Of a DNA stretch of 64,000 nucleotides, positions 1-9,878 are shown in pieces. The notes beneath the pieces are model-generated. The model worked only from the letters and a program-made list of their open reading frames with translations. It did not search any database and was not told the DNA's origin. Each line of letters opens with the position of its first letter. The first letter of the stretch is position 1. Location: assembly GCA_013374835.1 (NCBI GenBank), contig CP055307.1, positions 660,768-724,767 on the forward strand. The letters run 5' to 3'. The position numbers and the translations under genes are program-made. This DNA is from Candidatus Woesebacteria bacterium. Its GTDB lineage: Bacteria; Patescibacteriota; Microgenomatia; UBA8517.

Positions 1-300
1 CCCGGTCCGTATAGAATAGGTGCAACCTTTTTGAATTCGTTTTTGATTGGAATATCTTTTATCGCTATTTATATTTCGGCACAAACACAGCTACAGGTAT
101 CTACCCCCAACAATTTTATGGGTCGTGTGTTTGGAAATAGTTGGTTTTTGACGACTGCGGCTACGGTAATACCGCTTATGTTTTCTGCAACGATTACGGA
201 TACACTTGGTGTACGAGCTTTATTTGCTTTTGTTGGTGGTATTTTATTTGTGGCAACCATTTTTTATGAAAAAATATTAAGTATAAAAATTGAAATATGA
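1..300 (+). CDS. C-terminal fragment of a polytopic membrane transporter (MFS-like); ORF is open to the window edge
   Basis: Frame stays open from nt 1 (PGPYRIGATFLNSFLIGISFIAIYIS...); hydrophobic helices consistent with a transporter C-terminus; stop at 298-300. Confidence 0.4.
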   Translation, partial: PGPYRIGATFLNSFLIGISFIAIYISAQTQLQVSTPNNFMGRVFGNSWFLTTAATVIPLMFSATITDTLGVRALFAFVGGILFVATIFYEKILSIKIEI

Positions 301-1649
301 GCAGATTTATACCTGTAATAGGACTTGAAGTGCACATAGAGCTTGCAACCAAATCAAAAATGTTTTGTGGGTGCAGTGCTGATCATTTTGCCAAAGAACC
401 TAATACCCAAGTTTGTCCTGTATGTTTGGGGTTACCGGGTGCTTTGCCTTATGCAAATTTTAGTGCTATTGAACAGACTGTGATGTTTGGGCTTTCCATG
501 AATTGTAAGATTAATCGTTTTTCAAAGTTTGACAGAAAGCATTATTTTTATCCAGATTTACCAAAAGGGTACCAAATAAGCCAATATGATTTTCCGTTTT
601 GTGTAAAGGGAAAATTCCAAATTCCAAATTCTAAAAACCAAATAAGAATTAGGAGGATTCATTTGGAGGAGGATACAGCTAAATTGGTTCACCAATTTGG
701 AGATTCTAAAGAAAAAGGAATAAGTCTTGTAGATTTCAATAGAAGCGGCGTACCTTTGGTAGAAATGGTAACAGAGCCTGAATTTAGCGATGTTGATAGC
801 GTTATTTCGTTTCTTCAAGAGATACAGCTTTTGGTTAGATATCTGGGTATCTCAAGTGCAGATATGGAAAAAGGGTCAATGCGGCTTGAAGCCAATATTT
901 CACTAGCTAAGGCGCAGAAATCAAAATTACAATCAGAAGATTTACCAAACTACAAGGTAGAGTTAAAAAACATCAATTCTTTCCGGTTTTTAAGAAAAGC
1001 ACTCAATGCAGAAATTAAGCGCCAAAAAAGGATATTGAGAAAAGGTGGAAAGGTAACACAAGAGACAAGAGGTTACGACGAGTATAAAAATATAACTTTT
1101 TCGCAGAGGATTAAAGAGGAAGCAATGGATTACAGATATTTCCCAGAGCCTGATATACCGCCTATAAGGTTTAGTAAAACTCAAATTGAAGATATAAAAT
1201 CTAAAATACCGGAGCTTCCTGCTGCAAAGAGAAAAAGACTTGAAGAAAAATATGGAATTTCAAAAGAATACATTGAAATTCTGGTTCAAGATAAACGCAG
1301 ATGTGATTACTTTGAAAAATCTTGCGAAATATCGGGCAACAAAGAGCTTAGTGCGAAATCTATTGCAGGAGCTTTGATTAATCAAAATCTTGACAGGAAG
1401 TTTGAATCACCTTATGAGTTTATAAGGTATTTGAAAAAAATTAGTAAAAAGTATTATTCTAGTCTCAAAGAAATTGAGGATGCAATTCAAAAGGTTTTAT
1501 CGGATAATTCCAAAGCGGTAAAGGATTATCATGAAGGAAATTCAAATGTTATTGGATTTTTAATCGGACAAGTTCAAAAAATGCTTAAGGGCAGAGGAGA
1601 GCCAAAACTAATTAGAGAAAGTCTTATTAAAGCTCTTCAGAAGGATTAA
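297..1649 (+). CDS. gatB: Asp-tRNA(Asn)/Glu-tRNA(Gln) amidotransferase subunit B
   Basis: N-terminus VIGLEVHIEL...TKSKMFCGCS and HYFYPDLPKGYQISQ are GatB signatures; C-terminal GatB/YqeY-like tail; 450 aa. Confidence 0.85.
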   Translation: MSRFIPVIGLEVHIELATKSKMFCGCSADHFAKEPNTQVCPVCLGLPGALPYANFSAIEQTVMFGLSMNCKINRFSKFDRKHYFYPDLPKGYQISQYDFPFCVKGKFQIPNSKNQIRIRRIHLEEDTAKLVHQFGDSKEKGISLVDFNRSGVPLVEMVTEPEFSDVDSVISFLQEIQLLVRYLGISSADMEKGSMRLEANISLAKAQKSKLQSEDLPNYKVELKNINSFRFLRKALNAEIKRQKRILRKGGKVTQETRGYDEYKNITFSQRIKEEAMDYRYFPEPDIPPIRFSKTQIEDIKSKIPELPAAKRKRLEEKYGISKEYIEILVQDKRRCDYFEKSCEISGNKELSAKSIAGALINQNLDRKFESPYEFIRYLKKISKKYYSSLKEIEDAIQKVLSDNSKAVKDYHEGNSNVIGFLIGQVQKMLKGRGEPKLIRESLIKALQKD

Positions 1650-1667
1650 GAATCTGATAAAATAGAT

Positions 1668-4600
1668 TTGATGGATCGAGGAAAGTTTGTACATCTTCAT
1701 GTTCATACCGAATATAGCCTTCTTGACGGACTTTCCAAAATCAAAGAGCTTATTGCGCACATAAAGGAGCAAGGAATGGATTCGGTTGCTATTACCGATC
1801 ATGGAGTAATGTATGGTGCAATTGAGTTTTATAAAGCAGCGATTAACGAGGGAATTAAGCCAATAATAGGTATGGAGGGTTATATATCAAATATAGACCA
1901 CAAGCTTCGTATTGAAAGGAGTAAGATGAAAAACTGGCATATTACGCTTCTTGCAAAAAATAACGATGGATATAAAAACCTTATGAAGCTTACTTCTATA
2001 GCACATCTTGAGGGCTTTTACTATAAACCAAGGTTTGATTTTGAAACTTTAGCTAAATACTCAAAAGGACTTATATGTTTATCTGGATGTGGTGCGAGTG
2101 AGTTGGCGGATAGCCTTCATACAAATGATTACAAAAAAGCTAAGCTAATAGTTGATAAATATGTTAATGTTTTTGGGGATGATTATTACCTTGAGATACA
2201 AAGACACGAGTATGCTAAATTCGCAAAAAAGGCAACTACTGCCGAAATTAAGAGAGATCTTTTGGAGCAGGCGGAGCTTGAGTCCTTGAGAAATGAAGGA
2301 ATTATTAAATTAAGCAGGGAATACGGTATTCCACTTGTGGCTTCTAATGATGCACACTATATTAATCGAGAGGATGCTTTTGCTCAAGATGCTTTAGTTT
2401 GCATAGCAACCGGAAAAAATATATCCGATGTAAAAAGGCTAAGGCTTGTTGATTCTCCGTCTTATCATCTTGCTAATTATGATGAAATGCAAAGGCTTTT
2501 TTACGACTTGCCGGGTAGTATTGAAAATACTGTAAAAATAGCGAAAAAGTGCGATGTTGAAATTTCAATCGGCAAGTTCTTTTTCCCCAAAGTTGAAGTG
2601 CCTACAGGAAAAAGTGCAAAAGACTATTTAAAAGAAGAGGCGTTAGCCGGTTTAAAAAAAAGGTATAAAAAAATTGAAAAGGTGCATATAGATAGACTAA
2701 CTTATGAACTCTCAATAATTGAGGAGAAAGGATATTCGCCATATTTCCTTATTTATTACGACATGGCCCGATGGGCAAGAGAAAGGCATGTACCGATAAA
2801 TGTTAGAGGTTCTGTTGCAGGATCGATTACTACATACGCGCTCGGAATAACAACAGTAGACCCTATTAGATTTAACCTTCCTTTTGAAAGATTTTTGAAT
2901 CCGTATCGTCCAAGTGCACCCGATATTGACCTTGATATTGCAGACGACATGAGAGATGAGATTTTGTCTTATTTAGTAAAAAAGTATGGCAAAGATAAAG
3001 TTGCCCAGATATGTACTTTCGGAAGAATGCTTGCAAGAGGCAGCGTTAGAGATACTGCCAGGGTTTTGGGTTATCCCTATGATACCGGTGACAAGATAGC
3101 AAAGCTTATTCCAATGGGATCCCAAGGTTTTCCAATGACAATCAAAAGGGCTCTAGAGGAAAATCCTGAGCTTTCAGACTTGTACAAATCGGATAATGAT
3201 GCTAAAAGAATAATTGATCTTGCTAGGCAGATTGAGGGCAACGCAAGACATATATCCGTACATGCCGCTGGTGTAGTAATTTCTCCAAAAAAGTTGACCG
3301 ATTTTGCACCCCTTCAGCTCGAGCCTTCTGGAGAAAATATTATTACACAGTATGAAATGCGGTCTTGTGAGGATATTGGTCTTGTAAAGCTTGATGTTTT
3401 GGGAATTAGGAACCTTTCTATTCTTCGGGAATCCGTGTTTCTTGTGAAGGAGACAACAGGAAAAATTGTTGATTTAACAAAAATACCTCTAAATGACAAA
3501 AAAACATTTGAGATGCTAGCTAGGGGGGAGACAATGGGTGTATTTCAGCTTTCCGGCAGCGGGATGACACGATATTTAGTCGAGCTTGAACCTGAAAAAA
3601 TTGAGGACATTATGATGATGATTGCTCTTTTTAGGCCTGGTCCTATGGAGAACATTGATGAATATATTGCCAGAAAAAAAGGGACCAAGCCCGTTACTTA
3701 TTATCACCCAAAGATGGAGAAATTTTTGGATAAATCGCTTGGAGTTCTTGTTTATCAAGACGATCTTTTATACACGGCGCTGGAGCTTGCTGGGTATAAC
3801 TGGGAAGAGGTAGATAAGTTTAGAAAAGCCGTAGGGAAGAAGATTCCCGAGGAAATGGCCAAACAACACGTGAGGTTTGTTAAAGGTTGTATGGAAAACT
3901 CAGGTATGACTAAAAAAGAAGCAGAGGGGCTTTGGGATTTGTTTGAGCCCTTTCAGGGATACGGGTTTAACAAAGCTCATTCTGCGAGTTATGGTATTTT
4001 AGCTTATCAAACCGCCTATATGAAAGCTAATTATCCTGTAGAATATATGACTGCGCTTTTGACTGCGGAGTCTAACGATAAAGATAAAATATCCTCTGCT
4101 ATTAACGAGTGCAGAAGAATGGGAATAAGAGTGCTCCCACCCGATATTAATGAAAGCCAAGTAGGTTTTATTATAGTTAATGACGCAAAATCTCTTAATG
4201 GAAAAGCAATAAGATTTGGACTTTCGGCTATTAAGAATGTGGGTGAGGCCGCTATAAACTCAATACTTGAAGCGAGAAAAGAGGGTAATTTTACTAGTTT
4301 TTCGGATTTTTTGCGTAGAGTGGACGGCAGAAAGGTGAATAAAAGGGTGCTCGAGAGTCTAATAAAAGTTGGTGCAATGAAAGAGTTTGGGAATCGTGCA
4401 AGTTTGTTGTCATCCATTGATGATTTGAGAGCAAAGATTAAAAGCAATTCAAAAGATAGCCGCCAGCAGGATCTGTTTTCTGTGGGAGAATTGAACGATG
4501 ACAATCCTTTGGAATCTATGGCGCAGTCAATTACTAACATTCCAGAATTTTCAGAGGAGGAGTTAAAAGGACTTGAAAAGCAGCTTTTAGGATTTTCGCT

Positions 4601-5177
4601 TTCTGCAAAGCCACTGAACGAACTTATAGATAAACTTTTACCTTATAGATCTCATAGAATTGATGAAATGAATGATTTGGAATTAATCGGCAAGAACGAC
4701 AATGGAATTGTTAGGATTGCCTGTGTTGTTTCGGAGATAAGAGTAGTGACTACAAGACGAACAGGCGCAAAAATGGCGTTTGTTAAGGTTACGGACGAAA
4801 CAGGCTCAATGGAAGCTGTTGTTTTCCCAAAAATATTTAAAGAAACTGAAAATGTTTGGTTTGAACTTAACGCTGTATTGATTACCGGAAAAATAGATGT
4901 CCGCGACGATGGAACTTTTATTTTAGTTAATAAAGTTGATACAAATGAAACTATAAAATCCAAAAAGGGTAGCGTTAATATAACTATACCAAACAGTGCT
5001 ACCAAAGAGATTCTGCTTGCTCTTAAAAATGTATTTAAGGAAAATCCCGGGAACAATAAAGTAAGCCTATATTTTGAAAAAAACGGAAAAACCTATGATT
5101 TGCCTTACGAAATTGAGTGGAATATTGAAATTTCTAAAAAAATTTCCCAAATACTTAATACAAATAAACTTCCATGA
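1668..5177 (+). CDS. dnaE: DNA polymerase III alpha subunit
   Basis: PHP domain HLHVHTEYSLLDG at N-terminus; 1169 aa; polymerase core motifs; OB-fold C-terminus; TGA stop. Confidence 0.9.
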   Translation: MMDRGKFVHLHVHTEYSLLDGLSKIKELIAHIKEQGMDSVAITDHGVMYGAIEFYKAAINEGIKPIIGMEGYISNIDHKLRIERSKMKNWHITLLAKNNDGYKNLMKLTSIAHLEGFYYKPRFDFETLAKYSKGLICLSGCGASELADSLHTNDYKKAKLIVDKYVNVFGDDYYLEIQRHEYAKFAKKATTAEIKRDLLEQAELESLRNEGIIKLSREYGIPLVASNDAHYINREDAFAQDALVCIATGKNISDVKRLRLVDSPSYHLANYDEMQRLFYDLPGSIENTVKIAKKCDVEISIGKFFFPKVEVPTGKSAKDYLKEEALAGLKKRYKKIEKVHIDRLTYELSIIEEKGYSPYFLIYYDMARWARERHVPINVRGSVAGSITTYALGITTVDPIRFNLPFERFLNPYRPSAPDIDLDIADDMRDEILSYLVKKYGKDKVAQICTFGRMLARGSVRDTARVLGYPYDTGDKIAKLIPMGSQGFPMTIKRALEENPELSDLYKSDNDAKRIIDLARQIEGNARHISVHAAGVVISPKKLTDFAPLQLEPSGENIITQYEMRSCEDIGLVKLDVLGIRNLSILRESVFLVKETTGKIVDLTKIPLNDKKTFEMLARGETMGVFQLSGSGMTRYLVELEPEKIEDIMMMIALFRPGPMENIDEYIARKKGTKPVTYYHPKMEKFLDKSLGVLVYQDDLLYTALELAGYNWEEVDKFRKAVGKKIPEEMAKQHVRFVKGCMENSGMTKKEAEGLWDLFEPFQGYGFNKAHSASYGILAYQTAYMKANYPVEYMTALLTAESNDKDKISSAINECRRMGIRVLPPDINESQVGFIIVNDAKSLNGKAIRFGLSAIKNVGEAAINSILEARKEGNFTSFSDFLRRVDGRKVNKRVLESLIKVGAMKEFGNRASLLSSIDDLRAKIKSNSKDSRQQDLFSVGELNDDNPLESMAQSITNIPEFSEEELKGLEKQLLGFSLSAKPLNELIDKLLPYRSHRIDEMNDLELIGKNDNGIVRIACVVSEIRVVTTRRTGAKMAFVKVTDETGSMEAVVFPKIFKETENVWFELNAVLITGKIDVRDDGTFILVNKVDTNETIKSKKGSVNITIPNSATKEILLALKNVFKENPGNNKVSLYFEKNGKTYDLPYEIEWNIEISKKISQILNTNKLP

Positions 5178-5244
5178 GCTTACGCTTACACAATAAAAGT
5201 GAGGCTTGAACAGATAGATACTTTTAGTTTAAAATATCAGAATT

Positions 5245-5595
5245 ATGGCATTAACTGTGAAACACAAAGATACAACTTTTGGGGTCGGAGATGTGGTCCT
5301 TGTACACAAGAGACTTGAAGAGGAAGGCAAAAAAATCCGTACGCAAATATTTGAAGGAGTAGTGATAGCTATTAAAAATAGAGGCAACGGAAAAAGTTTT
5401 ACCGTTCGAAGAATTGGGGCTCAAAATATCGGCATAGAGCAGATTTTTCCATTAGAGTCCACCCTTATTGAAAAAATAGAAGTGAAACAGCATGGCTTAA
5501 AGGGTGTTCGGCGTGCAAAACTTTACTATATTAGAGATAAAAGCAAAAAAGAAATAGACAGGATTTACTCAAGAGCATCGCGAAAATCTTCATAA
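5245..5595 (+). CDS. rplS: 50S ribosomal protein L19
   Basis: GDVVLVHKRLEEEGKKIRTQIFEGVVIAIKNRGNGKSFTVRRI...RRAKLYYIRD matches the L19 family pattern; 116 aa. Confidence 0.85.
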   Translation: MALTVKHKDTTFGVGDVVLVHKRLEEEGKKIRTQIFEGVVIAIKNRGNGKSFTVRRIGAQNIGIEQIFPLESTLIEKIEVKQHGLKGVRRAKLYYIRDKSKKEIDRIYSRASRKSS

Positions 5596-5606
5596 TTTAA
5601 ATTAAC

Positions 5607-5615
5607 TGTTATAAT
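5607..5615 (+). promoter_or_regulatory. extended -10 element TGTTATAAT upstream of ruvC
   Basis: Perfect TGnTATAAT 11 nt before the ruvC ATG; implies a very short or leaderless 5' UTR. Confidence 0.3.
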
Positions 5616-5625
5616 TTATAAAGCA

Positions 5626-6132
5626 ATGATAGTATTGGGAATTGATCCTGGCACGGCTACTACCGGCTACGGACTTATTAAAATTAATGGTAACAGACAA
5701 ATGGAGCTTATTAGGTATGGGCTTGTTGAGACAAAAAAAATTGAATCTGCGGCGTCGAGATTGGAAATAATACATAACGAATTAAGTAAAATTTTGTCTT
5801 TGCATAAACCGAATATTATCGCTATTGAAAAACTTTTTTTTGCAAATAATGCTAAAACTGCTATTCGAGTAGGACAAGCTCAAGGAGTTATGCTTTTATC
5901 TGCGGCTAATCATAAAATTCCTGTTTATGAGTATTCACCCATGACAATAAAAAAGGTAATTACGGGCGATGGGCATGCCAGTAAACTGATTGTACAAAAA
6001 TACGTGAGAAAGATGCTTGGCTCCAGGGTAAGAAAGAAAAAAGGCGACAAAACGCATTTTGACAATGCGGCTGATGCATTGGCTGTTGCCATATGTCATG
6101 TTTACAAAGTTGATTTATTGGAATCGAGGTGA
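5626..6132 (+). CDS. ruvC: Holliday junction resolvase RuvC
   Basis: MIVLGIDPGTATTGYGLI start and C-terminal DNAADALAVAICH catalytic-Asp motif; 168 aa; TGA stop at 6130-6132. Confidence 0.85.
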   Translation: MIVLGIDPGTATTGYGLIKINGNRQMELIRYGLVETKKIESAASRLEIIHNELSKILSLHKPNIIAIEKLFFANNAKTAIRVGQAQGVMLLSAANHKIPVYEYSPMTIKKVITGDGHASKLIVQKYVRKMLGSRVRKKKGDKTHFDNAADALAVAICHVYKVDLLESR

Positions 6133-6138
6133 TGTAAG

Positions 6139-6387
6139 ATTAATAGAAAAGCGGGCAAAGTCACTCATTATTACGACAAAATAGGAGTTGCCGTACTTGA
6201 GCTTGCTTCCGATATAAGAGTCGGTGACAAGGTAAAATTCGTAAGAGGGGGAGAGGATCTTTTTGAACAAGAGATAGTGTCTATACAAATAGAGCACGAA
6301 AAGGTAGAATCTGCAAAGAAGGGCGACATTGTCGGTATAAAAGTAGATGAACCGGTTAAGGAAGAAGCCGAGGCAATCTTTGTCTAA
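6139..6387 (+). CDS. small beta-barrel protein resembling EF-Tu domain 2 / translation-factor-like domain; no canonical start codon; in frame with ruvC directly after its TGA
   Basis: In-frame translation after the ruvC TGA: CKINRKAGKVTHYYDKIGVAVLELASDIRVGDKVKFVRGGEDLFEQEIVSIQIEHEKVESAKKGDIVGIKVDEPV... (84 codons, stop TAA at 6385-6387); no in-frame ATG/GTG/TTG before the motif, only ATT at 6139 and ATA codons. Confidence 0.3.
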   Translation: MNRKAGKVTHYYDKIGVAVLELASDIRVGDKVKFVRGGEDLFEQEIVSIQIEHEKVESAKKGDIVGIKVDEPVKEEAEAIFV

Positions 6388-6772
6388 AAAAGTTGAATGG
6401 GCGGAAGCTAACGATATTGATCGGCGTGTAGATTTTTTGATAAAAAGCGCAAGAATTGATTGGATTGATGGGAGTCATGTAATGTGTTTTCGATCTATAA
6501 ACACAAATACACGAGCGGTTGCTAGAATTTATGGTCTTTCCAAAATCTGGCAGATAGCATTAGATCTTAAACCTTACTACATAATTGAAGTCATAAGCGA
6601 AAAGTTTGATAAATTAAATCAAAAAGAAAAGGATAGAACGCTACTTCACGAGCTTGCACATATTCCAAAAAATTTTTCGGGAGCACTTCTTCCTCATAGA
6701 AGACAGGGCCATGGAAATTTTTACAATAGACTTCGAGATTTGATTTTAGTGCATGAAAATAAAGGAAGATGA
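6347..6772 (+). CDS. putative HExxH metal-dependent hydrolase (SprT/DUF45-like)
   Basis: 141 aa with LLHELAHIPKNF motif followed by conserved His/Gly-rich tail; 5' end overlaps the preceding small ORF by ~40 nt, so the true start may be the internal Met. Confidence 0.4.
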   Translation: MNRLRKKPRQSLSKKVEWAEANDIDRRVDFLIKSARIDWIDGSHVMCFRSINTNTRAVARIYGLSKIWQIALDLKPYYIIEVISEKFDKLNQKEKDRTLLHELAHIPKNFSGALLPHRRQGHGNFYNRLRDLILVHENKGR

Positions 6773-7434
6773 AGGTTACTGTTTTGTACGGTGAAAATAT
6801 TGAGGCATCCCGCAAAAGGTTTTTTGAGATAATTGATACAATTAGAAAGCGTGGATGGGAAATTGTAAGACTTTCAGGAAGCGAAGATCTGGGAAATTCG
6901 ATTGCGAGTATTAGTTTGTTTGAATCTGAAAGACTTTTTGTTCTTGAAGATATCCAAAAAACAAAGAGGGAAGATTTAATCTGGCTTGCCGCTAGAAAGA
7001 TAGATGCGAACCTTCTTATTTGGAATAAAGGTTCCGTGCCGGTTGAAATTCGAAAAATTTTACCTCGAAATACTAGGTTTGAGGAGTACAAAATACCAAA
7101 AAAAATATTTCAGTTTCTTGATTCATTTTATCCTGGCAACCATAAGCAAGCGCTTAATTTATTTCATCAAGTTATTAAAAATGAAACTCCAGAGTTTGTA
7201 GTTGCCATGCTTTCAAGGCAATTGAGAGACATTTATTTGGCAAAAAACGATTTTAGCCTGCTTGCTTATCCAAAGTGGAAAAATCAAAAGCTGAGGATGT
7301 TATCGGAAAGATTTAGCATTAAAAAACTTATTAAAATAATAAATTTATTAAGTCAGGCTGATTTTGACTCGAAAACAGGTAAGACCGATTTGGTGCTTTC
7401 TATTGACCTTATTATTGTAGAAGAACTAGAATGA
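6769..7434 (+). CDS. holA: DNA polymerase III delta subunit-like
   Basis: 221 aa; N-terminal TVLYGEN...SLFESERLFVLEDI pattern typical of HolA; start overlaps previous stop; located next to replication and repair genes. Confidence 0.5.
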   Translation: MKVTVLYGENIEASRKRFFEIIDTIRKRGWEIVRLSGSEDLGNSIASISLFESERLFVLEDIQKTKREDLIWLAARKIDANLLIWNKGSVPVEIRKILPRNTRFEEYKIPKKIFQFLDSFYPGNHKQALNLFHQVIKNETPEFVVAMLSRQLRDIYLAKNDFSLLAYPKWKNQKLRMLSERFSIKKLIKIINLLSQADFDSKTGKTDLVLSIDLIIVEELE

Positions 7435-7438
7435 GTAA

Positions 7439-8791
7439 ATGCAGGTAGATCCGAGTATATTCAGAGGTTATGACATAAGGGGAATTTACCCGAGCAGCAT
7501 AAACGAAAAAGTAGCTTACGCTATTGGCCAAGCATATGTTGAATTGATAAAGCCCGAAGGCGAAATTCTGGTGGGCCGAGACGTAAGATTACATTCCAAC
7601 GACTTGGCGGAAAGTTTAATAAAAGGTATCACGGATAGCGGGGTTGATGTTTTGGATTCGGGTTTAATATCTACTGATATGCTTTATTTCGGTGTAGGAA
7701 ATTATAAAACGGCTGGAGGAATTCAAGTGACAGCATCTCACAATCCACCTGAGTGGCACGGATTTAAGATGGTTAAGGCGGACTCTGTTGCAATGACTTT
7801 TGAGTCAGGTATTGAGGATGTTAAAAAACTTGTAGAGAAGGGCTGCTTAAAAAAATCAGAGAAAGATGGAAATCGTCATAAATTAGAAATATGGGATGAG
7901 TATTCTAAATATATTCTTGGTTGGATAAAGCCTGAGATCATTAAACCTTTTAAGGTGGTTGTAAATGCTAATTTCGGGTTGGCTGGGCAAATTTTTAAAA
8001 GGATTGTAGATATTGGAAATTTACCTATTGAAATTGTCCCGTTGAATACCGAGCCTGATGGAACTTTTCCAAAGGGACGTCCCGATCCTTTTGTCCCTGA
8101 AAATAGAGTTGAATTTGTGAAATTGGTTAAAGATTCCAGTAGCGATTTTGGGATTGCTTGGGATGCTGACGCAGATAGGGTATTTTTTTGTGATGAAAAA
8201 GGCGCTTTTGTTGAACCTTACTATCTAAATACTGTTCTAATAAAGAGCATGTTAAAAAAATATCCGGGAGAAAAAGTTATATATGATCCTAGATACACAT
8301 GGGCATTAATTGATGCGATAAAAGAATCCGGAGGACAACCTGTTATTAGCAAAGTCGGCCACAGTTATATAAAAGAGAAAATGAGAGCCGAGAATGCTTT
8401 GTTTGCAGCAGAATCGAGCGGGCATACTTATTACAGAGATTATTGGTATGCAGATTGTGGCATGATACCAGCAATGCAAATAATGGAGTATCTTTCGGTA
8501 CACAATGAAAAGCTTTCCAATTTGGTTCGTGAGGTTATGAGTAAATATTATATTTCCGGTGAGATTAACAGTAAAGTGTCGGATGTAAAAGCGGTTTTAC
8601 AAAAAATAAAATCCAAGTATTCGGACGGAGAAATCTCAGAACTTGATGGCGTATCTGTTGAATACGATGACTTTAGATTTACCGTCAGGCCTTCAAATAC
8701 GGAACCTTTACTCAGATTGACACTTGAAGCAAAGTCCAAGGAGTTAATGGAACAAAAAAGAGATGAAGTTCTTGCTTTTATTAAAGGATAA
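7439..8791 (+). CDS. phosphomannomutase/phosphoglucomutase (alpha-D-phosphohexomutase family)
   Basis: FRGYDIRGIY N-terminus; active-site TASHNP; 450 aa four-domain layout. Confidence 0.8.
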   Translation: MQVDPSIFRGYDIRGIYPSSINEKVAYAIGQAYVELIKPEGEILVGRDVRLHSNDLAESLIKGITDSGVDVLDSGLISTDMLYFGVGNYKTAGGIQVTASHNPPEWHGFKMVKADSVAMTFESGIEDVKKLVEKGCLKKSEKDGNRHKLEIWDEYSKYILGWIKPEIIKPFKVVVNANFGLAGQIFKRIVDIGNLPIEIVPLNTEPDGTFPKGRPDPFVPENRVEFVKLVKDSSSDFGIAWDADADRVFFCDEKGAFVEPYYLNTVLIKSMLKKYPGEKVIYDPRYTWALIDAIKESGGQPVISKVGHSYIKEKMRAENALFAAESSGHTYYRDYWYADCGMIPAMQIMEYLSVHNEKLSNLVREVMSKYYISGEINSKVSDVKAVLQKIKSKYSDGEISELDGVSVEYDDFRFTVRPSNTEPLLRLTLEAKSKELMEQKRDEVLAFIKG

Positions 8792-9856
8792 ATGAATTTA
8801 GATCTACCCGAAAATTACGAAAAAAATAGTGAAACTTTTAATTCCATACGGATGCTTGCCGATCAAATCGAACAGGCATGGAATGAGACAGAACATTCCT
8901 CTATGCCTCAAAGCTGTACTCTGGCAAGACAAGTTATTGTTTGCGGAATGGGTGGGTCCTCTTTGGCGGGTAGATTTATTAAATATTTATTCAGACAAAG
9001 TTTACGTTCTCCGCTTGAAATATGCAGCGGATACTCTTTACCTAATTATGCGGGCCCGGGCTCGCTGGTGATTGTTTGTTCTTATTCAGGAAACACAGAG
9101 GAAACGCTATATGCTGCTTATGAAGCTCGTCAAAAAAATACCCAAATTTACGGTATTACCACCGGAGGTAAATTAAAGGAATTTTTGGAAAGATATAATT
9201 ATCCATCTTATATATTTGAGCCAAAATTTAATCCTTCGGGACAACCAAGATTTGGCATCGGATATATGATTGGTGCAACGCTTTCTATTCTTTCAAAATG
9301 TGAGTTTATATCATTTAGTGAGGAGATAATGTACGAAGCTATAAAAGTTGTAAGACGAAGCCTTAATGATTTTACTATTGATAAGGATGAGTATACGAAT
9401 CTTGCGAAGAAAACCGCTCGTGAACTTTATGGGAAAGCTATTTCAATAATTGCTAGCGAGCATTTGCTCGGCGCTTCATATATATTTAAAAACCAACTGA
9501 ACGAAACTGCTAAAACAATGTCTTATTTATACGAAATACCCGAGCTTAATCATCACTTAATGGAAGGACTTAAAAATCCCGCGCTAATTAAGGAGCATGT
9601 CAAGTTTTTTTTTGTTGAGTCCGAGTTATACAACGACCAAGTAAAAAGGCGCTATCCTATAACCAAAGAGGTTATTGATAAAAATGATATTGATTGGATC
9701 GTTTATAAACCTTTAACTGATACAAAAATTTTTCAAGCTTTTGAATTTATTTCATTTGCCTCTTTTGTTTCGGCTTATCTTTCTTTGCTTTATGGAGAAA
9801 ATCCGATTGAGATACCTTGGGTAGATTTTTTTAAATCGGCGCTTGAAAAACGATAA
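8792..9856 (+). CDS. bifunctional phosphoglucose/phosphomannose isomerase (SIS domain, archaeal-type PGI/PMI)
   Basis: Two SIS-domain signatures (VIVCGMGGSSLAG; LVIVCSYSGNTEET); 354 aa; adjacent to PMM/PGM. Confidence 0.65.
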   Translation: MNLDLPENYEKNSETFNSIRMLADQIEQAWNETEHSSMPQSCTLARQVIVCGMGGSSLAGRFIKYLFRQSLRSPLEICSGYSLPNYAGPGSLVIVCSYSGNTEETLYAAYEARQKNTQIYGITTGGKLKEFLERYNYPSYIFEPKFNPSGQPRFGIGYMIGATLSILSKCEFISFSEEIMYEAIKVVRRSLNDFTIDKDEYTNLAKKTARELYGKAISIIASEHLLGASYIFKNQLNETAKTMSYLYEIPELNHHLMEGLKNPALIKEHVKFFFVESELYNDQVKRRYPITKEVIDKNDIDWIVYKPLTDTKIFQAFEFISFASFVSAYLSLLYGENPIEIPWVDFFKSALEKR

Positions 9857-9878
9857 GCAACTTTATTATAGTTAAATA

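Noticed and set aside
558-818. Numerous 60-170-aa antisense ORFs inside gatB, dnaE, ppsA, uvrA, pyrG and others
   Set aside because: They lie embedded in, and antisense to, strongly supported conserved genes. This is typical shadow-ORF noise in AT-rich DNA.
6130-6132. Possibility that TGA is a sense codon (genetic code 25 / Gracilibacteria-type) because the ruvC frame continues after TGA
   Set aside because: dnaE, ruvC, enolase-adjacent genes and many others terminate at TGA, with homology ending there. The standard code was retained.
8829-9071. 80-aa ORF in an alternative frame inside the PGI/PMI gene
   Set aside because: It overlaps the conserved SIS-domain coding frame. No independent support.
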